IMG/VR virus record: IMGVR_UViG_3300046059_000013
Origin: a virus
Strand: one strand, 5' to 3'
DNA length: 64,000 bases
Within the stretch, counting starts at the first letter, position 1, and every line of letters starts with the position of its first letter. The notes below the pieces were generated by a model, which saw only the letters and a list, made by a program, of their open reading frames with translations, made no database searches and had not been told where the DNA came from. Made by a program: the position numbers and the translations under genes. Of this stretch, positions 8,270 through 17,841 are shown piece by piece.

Positions 8270-10036
8270 TCACACCTCGTTGATGGTTACGCTAACGTCC
8301 GTGTTCACGTCCTCAACCTGGAACCGTTCACCGGGAGCGGGTTCAAGGTTCACCGTGTTGCCCGAGTCAAGGTTCGCAGGGTCCGACGTGTTACTCTTCC
8401 GGTCGGCGCGCATGGTCGTAATGTCCTTGACACCCGCAAAATTATCCGGGTCCATGATGAGGCTCTCAATACGGTTCAAAATGAGCTCGTCATCAAACTC
8501 AAGCCCGGTACGATTCACACCGTTCGTGTCCGTGCCCCCGATGTAGTCCACGATAACGTCCTTGACCTGGTCTTCGTCCCCGCTGAACTGCTCCAGGGTT
8601 TCAAGTGTGACGCTCACCGTGACGAACACATCAACCGGCTCTTCCCAGTAGATGGTTTTCTCGCCCTCGCGGTCCTCAGCCGTTTCCTTGTTCCTCCCAT
8701 CCAGCGCGATGCCCCCAGCCGACGTGTCAAGCAATTGCTGGGCAAGCTCTTCACCATCGAACTCGCCGCTTGCGAAGATGCGAACCGCGCCTGGGGGAAC
8801 CCCGGCTAGCACCCTGTTGTTGATGCTGGTAACCGTATCCCCGGAGTTGTCCGTGGTTTTCGTCACCCAGGACCCGCTGTCCTCGAACTTAACGCTGCCA
8901 ACGCTGAACTTGGTCGTACTGCTTGAGGCCTCGAACTTGCCGCTGCCGCCCGTGGCCTCGAACACGCTCCAGTACGTCGTGTCCGCGCTCAGGTACTTGC
9001 CCTTGTCGTGCTTGCTGCTCGTGTCCTTTGTACCGTCCAGGTCAAAGCCCGTGGATTCGAGGCGGTCATGCACGAGCGCACCGCTTGGCTCGTCGTTCGC
9101 GGAGTCGTGCGTTTGAATGCTCACCGTGCCGACAAGGTCGCTGTCCACGGCAAGCTGGTACGTGAAGTCCTGGTGAAACCTGCGGTTGTCCGGGGTGAAC
9201 TTGTGCGCTACTTTCGTAACGTTCCCGCCGCTAGACACTTCCACCGTTTGCGACCCGTCTTCTTCACCGTCGAGGAGCGTGTTCTCGGTTTGCGCGTCGT
9301 ACGGGTCGTTGTTCTCGATGCCGTCCGTGCTCTCAACGCCGTTCACTTCGTCCGCGGCGCGGATGAGCCCGCTTAGGCTAGCGCCGGGCTGGGCGGCTCG
9401 CTGGCGACGGACGCGGCGCTTGACTTCCGGGTCTGTTTCACGGGCTTGTCCGCCTGTGAACCCCTCGTCGTTGTTGAAGCTGTCAATCTCTTGCGCGAAG
9501 CGTTGGCGAACGCTGGAGTCAATGTCCACGTCCACGATTTGCCCGTTCGTGATGTTTCCGTCCGTGCCGAGGAACGTGGCTTCCACGTCCACAACGCTCG
9601 TGTTCGTGGTGCTCGGTGCGTCGGGAAGCGTCACGCTTCCATCCTGGTCGTAGCGACGGTCGTTCGCGTCGATGAACGTGAGCGACCCGTCCGGGAAGAA
9701 CGGGTCGTAATCGTTCTTGTTCAGGCTGTTCGTGAGTGTGAGGTTCACCTTGCCAGAGGCTTTTGTGGCCTGCTCGCGCTGTTCCCCGATGAGGTCAAGG
9801 TGCTTGTCAAGTGCGTTCTGCGTGGCATCCGGCGGGAGCATTTGCCGGAAAATGTCTTCGTGCTCGTTCTCGGCTTCGGCGAGCGTGAGGGCAACGGCTT
9901 CAATAATGGCTTGCGCGGGGTCGGCTTCGGAGAGCGCGTGGTCCTCCCCGAGCTGGGTTTCCACAGCGTCCTGGAGGTCTTGAATAACTTCGCCGAGAAC
10001 CCGGGACCGGTACACGCCATCATCCGTAATAGGCAT
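8270..10036 (-). CDS. Baseplate J-like protein
   Basis: A..ALD.....G..R..AT.ASG.V; N..GFTGG...ETD....R; GAS..GL; GAVRIFASG. Confidence 0.9.
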   Translation of the reverse strand: MPITDDGVYRSRVLGEVIQDLQDAVETQLGEDHALSEADPAQAIIEAVALTLAEAENEHEDIFRQMLPPDATQNALDKHLDLIGEQREQATKASGKVNLTLTNSLNKNDYDPFFPDGSLTFIDANDRRYDQDGSVTLPDAPSTTNTSVVDVEATFLGTDGNITNGQIVDVDIDSSVRQRFAQEIDSFNNDEGFTGGQARETDPEVKRRVRRQRAAQPGASLSGLIRAADEVNGVESTDGIENNDPYDAQTENTLLDGEEDGSQTVEVSSGGNVTKVAHKFTPDNRRFHQDFTYQLAVDSDLVGTVSIQTHDSANDEPSGALVHDRLESTGFDLDGTKDTSSKHDKGKYLSADTTYWSVFEATGGSGKFEASSSTTKFSVGSVKFEDSGSWVTKTTDNSGDTVTSINNRVLAGVPPGAVRIFASGEFDGEELAQQLLDTSAGGIALDGRNKETAEDREGEKTIYWEEPVDVFVTVSVTLETLEQFSGDEDQVKDVIVDYIGGTDTNGVNRTGLEFDDELILNRIESLIMDPDNFAGVKDITTMRADRKSNTSDPANLDSGNTVNLEPAPGERFQVEDVNTDVSVTINEV

Positions 10037-10437
10037 TACCTGGGGCCTCCAGTTCGCACGTCGGTTGAAACTTGAATCGTGTCCCCGTTGGCGAGGGTGA
10101 CGCTAGCTGAAACGTTTGCAACCCGGTTGATGCGGTCGTTCCTGTTCATGCGCACGGTCACGTTGTCCACGCTGTCCACCGCCGCTTCGCGCTTAACCTC
10201 GCTTCGAACCGCGATGCGCAAGAGTTGCCGACTGAACGAGCCGGTGAGCACGAAACGGGGAAGCCCCATCTCGGGGTGAAGCGCGTTGTCGTTTCGCACG
10301 GTGCCAAGGCGCACGCGGAGACGCTGAGCAACGGCTTCTTTCCCGTTGAGCGTGCGGAAGGTGCGGGCGCCGCTGTCGTTACGCTTGAGCTCAAGGTCAC
10401 CATCGCCGTCAATAGCAAGAGTCTCACCGTACGCCAT
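10036..10437 (-). CDS. Baseplate wedge / sheath-initiator (gp25/DUF2634-like)
   Basis: GDL..G.EAVAQRL.VRL......HPEMGLP pattern, upstream of J. Confidence 0.8.
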   Translation of the reverse strand: MAYGETLAIDGDGDLELKRNDSGARTFRTLNGKEAVAQRLRVRLGTVRNDNALHPEMGLPRFVLTGSFSRQLLRIAVRSEVKREAAVDSVDNVTVRMNRNDRINRVANVSASVTLANGDTIQVSTDVRTGGPR

Positions 10438-10448
10438 TCACTTTTCTC

Positions 10449-10907
10449 CTAGGCTTCGACTTCTTCACCGACCTCTCGCGTAGCGCCGAGCCAGTCCTCG
10501 TACTGGTTGCGCTCGCCCTCAAGCTCGCGAATCTCTTCCCGAACCTCGTTAATCTGCTCGATAAGCTGCTCCGGTTCAACATTCAGGTCGCTGGCCACGT
10601 CGTTGCGAATCGTGCTGATTCGCTCCTGCAACATCTCGCGCTCCTGTTGGATGCGCTCGAGCTCCTCGCGGGCCTCCGCTTCCCCGATTTCGTCGTTCTC
10701 GCGCACTCGCTGGACAGCGTTCTCGGCACCGTCCAGCTCGTCAAGGTCGTCCTGGACACCCTCGTTGATGACGCGCTGCTCGGCTAGGGTTTGAAACTCG
10801 TTGAGTTGCTGGCCTAGTTCCTGGTTCTTGTCGCGCTTTTCCTGGATGTGCCCTGTCACGTCGCTGATGAGTTGCTGGAGAACGTCCTCGTCCATGACCT
10901 TGGTCAA
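10449..10907 (-). CDS. Acidic coiled-coil protein
   Basis: Continuous heptad pattern, E/Q-rich. Confidence 0.65.
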   Translation of the reverse strand: MTKVMDEDVLQQLISDVTGHIQEKRDKNQELGQQLNEFQTLAEQRVINEGVQDDLDELDGAENAVQRVRENDEIGEAEAREELERIQQEREMLQERISTIRNDVASDLNVEPEQLIEQINEVREEIRELEGERNQYEDWLGATREVGEEVEA

Positions 10908-10980
10908 GGCGTATCGCCTCGCGAGAGCGTAAGGGTTCTGAGGGTTTTAACAACCCGGAAAGGGCGGGGGCTTTCCACGG

Positions 10981-11715
10981 CTAGTCTCCCACGAACACGG
11001 TGTCGCTACCCTCGGTAATGTTCGTAGCTGTGCCGCCCACGTCGTCGCCTTCTCGCGCTGCGGCGGCGTAGTTGCTCGTGTTTTGACTGGTGGACCCGAT
11101 GAACACCTTGTCCGGGACCCGGGCAATGAACTCAAGCCCGTTCCCGGTTTCCTTGAACGCGTAGTACCCTTCGTCATTCGTGCCCGGGTTGGCAACCATG
11201 GCCACATCATCGCGCCCGATGTTGTCCCGATTCACATTATTGTCGTTGGGTTCAAGGTGGTTGGGCGTAGGGTCCGTGCCCGTTGGCGTAAACGGGTAAA
11301 ACCCGGCACCGTTGGCCTTGTGCTTCTCGTCCGTGACCGCTTTCTGGATGCCTTTGCTGGTGAGGGCGCCGCGCGAGTCCGAGCGAGGAAAAATGAGGAA
11401 CCCAACCGTGGGAGAACCCTGCTCCCCGTCCTGGGCTTCAGGGTTCCACTCAGTCATGGGACGATACAGTTGCACGTGCTGCCCGCCCCAACCCTGAATG
11501 GGCACGTCCACGACGAGAGGCTTCTGGTAGTTCCCGTCAGGGTCCTTGGCGTCGAGCTTGTGGCGCACGTCCACGGTTTGCTCTTCAAAATTGTAACTGT
11601 CAACAACCGCAAACTCGCAGGTCCACTGGTCATCCAGCATTTTGCGGATGCCTTTCTTGAGCGTGAGCTCTTCCTTGACACGATTGCGCTCGGAACCTTC
11701 CTCAGCTACACTCAT
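10981..11715 (-). CDS. Baseplate central spike with C-terminal PAAR-like motif
   Basis: OB-fold-like N-terminus (AVVDSYNFEEQTVDV..VDVPI); ends AAREGDDVGG...ITEGSDTVFVGD. Confidence 0.75.
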   Translation of the reverse strand: MSVAEEGSERNRVKEELTLKKGIRKMLDDQWTCEFAVVDSYNFEEQTVDVRHKLDAKDPDGNYQKPLVVDVPIQGWGGQHVQLYRPMTEWNPEAQDGEQGSPTVGFLIFPRSDSRGALTSKGIQKAVTDEKHKANGAGFYPFTPTGTDPTPNHLEPNDNNVNRDNIGRDDVAMVANPGTNDEGYYAFKETGNGLEFIARVPDKVFIGSTSQNTSNYAAAAREGDDVGGTATNITEGSDTVFVGD

Positions 11716-11717
11716 GA

Positions 11718-12821
11718 CTAGTTCACGTCGTCAAAGATTTCGTTGCGAAGATTCTGAATCGTAGCCGCAAACGCACCGGTCCACTGCGTGCGCCACCGCT
11801 CCCCCACCTCGTGCCGCACGCTCTCCACCACGGCAAGCCCAGACTGACCTTCCGGGTCCGTAATGGCGACGGTGGTCCCCGGCGAGATTCGCGGGTCCAA
11901 AGGACCGGCAAACCTGTACCCGATGCTAGTTTTCTCAGCCTGCTCGGACTGAATGGCAAGCTTGCGCTCGGGCTTCACGCTGCTGGGAACCGTAACCTCG
12001 ATGTCCGGGCTGCGCGCCTCGGGCTCCGCCGTGTAATTCGTCACCTGGTTCAGGGGAAGGTCCATGATGCGGCGCCCACCAAACACGGGCTCGCTCGTGT
12101 CCACCATGAAGAACCCCATCGGTTTCTCCGGGAGCGTGCCAAGACGGTGTGGACGCGCACCCTGAACCCGGTTGGACTTGCGGATGCGAGCGCTAACCTC
12201 GCGAGCGCTACCCTCTAACAGGGCTTTGGCTTGCCGCGTCTCAACGGTCGTGTTCCTCTCAAGACGAACCACGCCTGCTGGAACTTCCGGGTGCTCTCCC
12301 GTGGCGGCGGCGGTGGGTTCAAACGTGGCGCCCACACTCGCAGCCGCGTCACGAGCGAACTCGCCAACGGTAGGTGGCTCGGCTTCCTTTTGAAAGCTCA
12401 CCACGCTTCGGGAGATGTTTGCACGGAGTTGCTCGGTGCTGCTGCTGGCCCGAATACGCCAAGACGGGTTCCCATCCCTACGGAGGCGAAACGCGTGCTG
12501 GACTTGCCCTAGGTAGAGCGCGGTGGACGGGGGCACGTTGATGCCGGTGTCGTTGCCTTGGTACCCGGCTCGTACTCGGACCCATCCACCGCTTTGGATT
12601 TGGCGTCCAAGGTTGTCGGGCAGGTTCTCAATGGTGACGGTGAGCGTGTTGCCGACGCCTTCCTCGCTCGTGGCACCCTGCACCGTGGCCTCAACCTTGC
12701 GTCCTTTTGTTTGCTCGCCTATGTTGGCTTGGACGCGAATGACGGGTGCTCGTGTTGCTTGTTCCACAGCGTCCAAGATGTCCTGGTCTTCCACGTACTC
12801 TACAGGTCGTTCGATTTCCAC
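11718..12821 (-). CDS. Baseplate hub (gp27/gp44-like)
   Basis: TVTIENL, VRVRAGY, LYLGQV, PLDPRISPG, VESVRH motifs; canonical position. Confidence 0.8.
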   Translation of the reverse strand: MEIERPVEYVEDQDILDAVEQATRAPVIRVQANIGEQTKGRKVEATVQGATSEEGVGNTLTVTIENLPDNLGRQIQSGGWVRVRAGYQGNDTGINVPPSTALYLGQVQHAFRLRRDGNPSWRIRASSSTEQLRANISRSVVSFQKEAEPPTVGEFARDAAASVGATFEPTAAATGEHPEVPAGVVRLERNTTVETRQAKALLEGSAREVSARIRKSNRVQGARPHRLGTLPEKPMGFFMVDTSEPVFGGRRIMDLPLNQVTNYTAEPEARSPDIEVTVPSSVKPERKLAIQSEQAEKTSIGYRFAGPLDPRISPGTTVAITDPEGQSGLAVVESVRHEVGERWRTQWTGAFAATIQNLRNEIFDDVN

Positions 12822-12844
12822 GACGGCGCGGGGTTTGCGGAGGG

Positions 12845-13213
12845 TCAGCGCAGTTCACCCGTAGCGATGATGAGGTCGTGCGTCTTGCCGAAGTTGTCGG
12901 GTGTGAGGGCTCGTTGCTTGTTGCTGGTTGTGCCGATGAAGAGGTACGCGTCGGGGTTGCTGGAGAGGGGGTTGAATCCTTCTTTGATTTTCACTTCGTA
13001 GGGTTTGGGGAAAAACTGGAGAACAATCCTGTCTCCTCTGTCGATGGTGACCTTGTAGTATTTGTATTTCGTGTTCCAGCGGAAGTTGAAACTGAACGCG
13101 GTGCCGTCGATGGTGGTGTCGATGCCGAAGCTTGTTCTTGCTTGGGCGAGTTCGTTGCTTACTCCCAGCGCGATGACTTGACCGTCTCCGGTTATGAAGT
13201 TTTCTGGCATCAA
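12845..13213 (-). CDS. Small baseplate protein (plug-like)
   Basis: FSFNFRWN motif; lies between tube-initiator and hub. Confidence 0.6.
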   Translation of the reverse strand: MMPENFITGDGQVIALGVSNELAQARTSFGIDTTIDGTAFSFNFRWNTKYKYYKVTIDRGDRIVLQFFPKPYEVKIKEGFNPLSSNPDAYLFIGTTSNKQRALTPDNFGKTHDLIIATGELR

Positions 13214-14857
13214 TTAGCACTTGAAGTCGGTTTTTTCCAGGTCGTCAATGTGCTGGGCCACTTGCTCCAGGTTCGCATATACGTTTTCGAAGAAGGGTGG
13301 TTCTGTAACCCCGCCAGCTTCGTTAATAACCGTGTCGGGGTTATCGTTATACAATACTACGCTTTCGTCTTCACGAATCAGGTTGAACCCGTTACCATCA
13401 TCAAAGTGTAGGTCCAAAACGTCATCTTGCAGATACCCCGGCACTTCACTTAGGGGAACATACAGGCCTCCATTTACTTTACTACGCACCGTTGGCGTGC
13501 TCTTCTCGCCCACCTCATAGCCGAGTCTCTCATATTTTTGGAGTTTAGATTGCGGGTCATTAGCCGATTTGAAGTCATCCTTTTCTGGGGGTGACTTAAC
13601 AATTTCATTACCAACCTCGCCGAGAGCAGTATCAACCCCGAAAAAGGCACCGGCAGGATGGTTTATGAGCTTGCTCCAATCTTGCTTGATGTTCGGTGCG
13701 TCAAGGTTCGGGAGCGAGAGGCTGATTCCATCACCCGAACGCCGCTCGCAAATCGTGATGCCCCCATCTTGGACGCGAGAATCAGGTGGAACAGGCAGGC
13801 CAATACTTCCAGGCCCGAAAGGCGGCACCTTGTCTTCATGGAAATCCTCAAGCGGATTATCCTGCGCCGTATCTTCCCCAAACGCAGGAACACGAAACAC
13901 GCCCAATTCAACGCCACCATCTTCGGGTGTGAGCACTTCCTTGACGGTGACCTCTGCGGTGGCCACGTTGTCGCTTTCGGTCTCGTCGCGCACGTGCACG
14001 TTTTGCACGACGCCTCGACGCAGGTTCAGGTCAAGCTTGCTCGCGATAACCTCCACGGTGGACCCTTCTAGGCTTTCCGCTTCATTCACCTGTTTCTTGA
14101 GTGTTGTGTTCTGGTTCGTTGGTGCTCCTGCATCCGGGCTTGGAACAGGCGGGACTTCGATTTGCCCGGCTAGGCGAAGCGTAACACGGAACGAGTCCGG
14201 GGACTGGTTGATGCGGCTTTCGACACCAAGGTCTTGCGAGGGTTGGTTCGTGACCTCCACCGGGTTCTCCATGTCGATGTCGTCGTACACGTGGTACACG
14301 AACGCTTTGCGCTTGAACTCGGCGCTTGGCTCGTTTTCGCGGAGGAACATTACGTACGGGAAATCAGGGTCGGGCACCTGCGCGTCTTGGTCCGGTCCTC
14401 GAAGCGCGGGTTCGCCTTCCGTGTCCCTGTTCTCGGACACGTTGAGGGAGTTCTCGTGCACGGCTCGGTTTGGTCGCTCGTCTCCAAGGTCTTGCGACGA
14501 GTCAACGTGAGCCCGAAGGCCGTGGTCACCGCTGACGGCTGTCCACAGCTCGCCTTGGTCATCCTGTTTGCTCCATGAATACACTCTGAGCGTTTCACCT
14601 GCTGGGATGCTTTGGGCAAGGTCCGAGTTGCTGGACTGGACTCGCACCGTGCTATCAAAGTCTTCACCCAGCACCGAGAACGTGACATCGAAATCCGTGA
14701 CCGTGCTGTCTCCGATGTTCTCGATGTCGATGTAGAGGACAACCTCGTCACCGCTAGTCGGGAAGCCGCTGGGGAGGTTGCCGCCTTCCAGGATGTTGTC
14801 ATCGTCGCTGACAGCGGCAAAGCGAGGAATGTCAGCAACGCTCAGTTCACCAGTCAA
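13214..14857 (-). CDS. Tail tube initiator/Dit-like protein with N-terminal CARDB-like Ig domain
   Basis: VVLYIDIENIG..DFDVTF..G.H.LRAHVD....DE..N; central T..P.E.G-like segment; directly after the tape measure. Confidence 0.55.
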   Translation of the reverse strand: MTGELSVADIPRFAAVSDDDNILEGGNLPSGFPTSGDEVVLYIDIENIGDSTVTDFDVTFSVLGEDFDSTVRVQSSNSDLAQSIPAGETLRVYSWSKQDDQGELWTAVSGDHGLRAHVDSSQDLGDERPNRAVHENSLNVSENRDTEGEPALRGPDQDAQVPDPDFPYVMFLRENEPSAEFKRKAFVYHVYDDIDMENPVEVTNQPSQDLGVESRINQSPDSFRVTLRLAGQIEVPPVPSPDAGAPTNQNTTLKKQVNEAESLEGSTVEVIASKLDLNLRRGVVQNVHVRDETESDNVATAEVTVKEVLTPEDGGVELGVFRVPAFGEDTAQDNPLEDFHEDKVPPFGPGSIGLPVPPDSRVQDGGITICERRSGDGISLSLPNLDAPNIKQDWSKLINHPAGAFFGVDTALGEVGNEIVKSPPEKDDFKSANDPQSKLQKYERLGYEVGEKSTPTVRSKVNGGLYVPLSEVPGYLQDDVLDLHFDDGNGFNLIREDESVVLYNDNPDTVINEAGGVTEPPFFENVYANLEQVAQHIDDLEKTDFKC

Positions 14858-14860
14858 GGT

Positions 14861-17553
14861 TCATCCGGCTCCTGTTCCGAACACGGTTTGACTAACGGCG
14901 TCCCCGGTTTCGCGACCGATTTCAGAGCTACGGGAACCACGAGCGTCCACATTCACGTCCACGGTCGTGCCACCGCCATCACTACTCTCCTCGTTGTCGC
15001 TGGTGTCTTCACTAGCCTTGTCGGCTTCGCGTCCCACCTCGTCGAGACGGTCGCTAAGTTGAGCAAGACCCTCGTTGAACCCAGCCGTTTTTTCGTTCAC
15101 CATGTCGAACAGGCCGCCCACGACAGGCAGGTTCTCCGACAGGTCCTGAAGCGTGCGAAGAATGCCCTTGACAGCGTCAATGATGAGGCGGAACACGAGG
15201 TTCACGGCGCTACCCGCGGTTTCAAGACCGCGGAACAGGAAGATGAGGCCTTCGATAGCGAGCCCGGCGAGCCCGCTCTGGTCGCGCAGGTTGCCCAGGA
15301 GGTCGGCAATCTTGTCAAGCGCGGGTTCCAGGAACCCGACAAGGGCAAGAATGTTACTTGTTCCCACCCTAGCCAGGCTACCTCCAACCGCGGGCAAGCG
15401 GCGTACAAAGCCTTTCACGAACCGGTCCACGCCGCCGACAAGCTTGCCGATGACGGCTTGCAGGCGCATACTCGCAGGACCCGTAGGCCGGAACGCCCGC
15501 CCCACACCCGGAATCTTCTGCAACAACGTCGTGGACTGCGCCCCCCTACGAATAGCCGCCTCCTGGGACTTCATGCCCAACGCAGTAGCCCTGCCCGGAA
15601 CAGGACCCCGCATCGCTGACGGAGACGACGGAAGCACGCTACCAAGCCTACTCGCCGCGCCCGAAACAGCCTGACCGAACCGAGTCTGCGAAATTGCTCC
15701 CAAACCAAGAACACGACTGATTTCTCCGCGAATAGCGCCGAACATGCGCCCCATGCCGGTGCGAAACGTGCTCACCATGCGCGCACTAAGGCTCTCCGTG
15801 TTGGCGACAGCCGCCTGCTGGAACCTCCGCATCGCCCGCTGGTGCGCCTTCGCCGCCTTCTCGGTTTGCGCCATCTCGTCCGCGAGGTTCGACATTACAG
15901 GAGTAACATCCTCACCCTTCGCCGCCAACTGGCCGATGCTGGCTTCCAATTTCGCGGTCCTCGCCTGCGCTTTCTGTAGTGCGGCCTCCGACCGGATGAG
16001 TCCCTGCACAGTTTCCGGGCTTTGACGAATCGCTTGTTGCAGGGCTTGCGGAGCGCGGTTGCTCTGCATAAGCGCTTGAAACGTTTGCGCTTCGCTCATT
16101 TTCGCGGCCTGCCCACCGAACGCACCGCGAATCGTCTCAAGGCCCTGGGTCAAGATGGGGCGAGCCATCTTCTGGAAAATACCCACCGCACCCACGCCAG
16201 CCAAACCCAGCGCCGAAATCACGCCACCCCCCGCAAGGAGCGGCGCGATGAAGGGAATCTGGTTGATTTTCTCGGTCAGCACCGAGAGCGCGTCAATCAT
16301 GGGCTCGAACACGCCCGCAAGGAGAGCCCCGCCCTGTCGCGCGAACGTGGAAACCTCAAGGCCCAGTTTACGGAACGAGGCGGCGGTCGTTTCCAGCATG
16401 ACCTGGAGCTCCCCGTGCAGTTCCGTGGTCTCTCGGCCCTGCTTGACGCCGCGCTCGATTTCCTCGTTCGCCTCATCCCGGAACTTGGTGACCTTGTCCA
16501 GGCTCGCCGCCATCGTGGACAACGTTCGGAGCCCGCGCACGCGCTGGAGCCCGATTTCCTTCAGGATTTCCCCGCGCTCCGTCATCGTCATGTTGTTGTT
16601 CTCCACTTGGCGCGTCAACTCGCGGAACGCGCTCGCGGTGAGCGTGAACACGCGGAACGGGTCCTCTCGGAACAGTTGCGTGAGGCCCTCGTCCGTTTGA
16701 AGGAGCGCGCGCTCGGCCTCGGTTGCACCCGTCGCGAACGTCTCGAGGAAGCTTTGCACCTCTTCCTCGGCTTGCGGGATGCGCTTGAGGAACAGGCGAG
16801 TAATCGTAGACCGCGTAACGCGCCGCGCACGCTCGTCCAGGTCCGTCATGGCGCCCGCGATGGCGATGAGGTCAGAGCGCGCGAGGTCGGCTTGAACCCC
16901 GGTGGATTGGATGGCTTGAATGAACTCAATCATCCCGTCCACGCCGCCAGCGCTCTGGTCGCTCACGAGCTTCATGGCGCTCGCCAGCGAGAACGACTGG
17001 TCGAGGAGCTGGTCCATGGACTGGTCGGCGTCCCTGGTGGCTCGCGTAAGGCGGAACAGGGCCGTGATGGCGGTTCTGGCGTTCGTGTCCCCGAACTTGG
17101 CGAGCGTAAGACCGGCTTCAGCCAGCTTCTTGGTGGTGGATTCGCTCACGTCGCCGAACTGCTGAATCATGCGCACGGCACCGAGCGCCTCGTCGGGCAT
17201 CTCGTTGACGCTGCGGGCCACGTCGGTGGCGGTGTTGCGGAGCTGGTCCATGGTGCCCCGCATTCCTTCCATGCTGCTGGTGGCGGCAGCAGCGGCGACG
17301 GCGCTTTCTTTTTCGAAGTCGGCGAACGCTTTCGTCATCGCGGCGCCGGTGGCGATGGCGGTGAAGCCTAGGATGGCGATGCCAGCGCGGAGGTGTTCTG
17401 CGGATTGGGCGGCGCCGCCCATCGTGCTCTCCATGGCGTTGACGCGATTAGACGGGCATTTGCCCGAGCGAGTTTGGATGAGAATCCAGCGTCATCGAGA
17501 CGTAGCCCGATAGTCATCATTCTCAGGAACCCAACTCCTGGGACAAATGCCAC
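14861..17553 (-). CDS. Tape measure protein (apparent 1-nt frame break near 17449; track ORF 14861-17434)
   Basis: Long Ala/Gly helical protein with TP901-type core (FADFEKES...A). GAGGTG SD plus GTG at 17553 opens IGLRLDDAGFSSKLARANARL in another frame. Confidence 0.85.
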
Positions 17554-17841
17554 AATTACCACCTCTCGTGGTGTGGCTTTTGCCCGCCACTTCTTGGACT
17601 CGCAGGCGCGCTAACGGGGTGGGGCCTGCGTGGTTTTTCAGAGAACGGTTCCCGAACCATGGAACCTTTCACGCGATAAGAGGGCGTGGTGGTGACATGG
17701 TTGCACCTACTACTGGCACCCTCGAGCAAGCGAGGAGAGAGACAGCGAGCAGACACCATGCCAGGCTCTACGCTCGTGTTCGTTGCGGACTCCCCTAAAA
17801 GGCGAAGAACGAGGGGATGGGTTTCCAAGTCCCAGCAAAGA

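Noticed and set aside
17550-17830. HEARO/IscB omegaRNA
   Set aside because: Only scattered short motif resemblances; the apparent 5' motif is the reverse complement of the TMP Shine-Dalgarno, and no iscB is present. Kept only as a generic structured gap.
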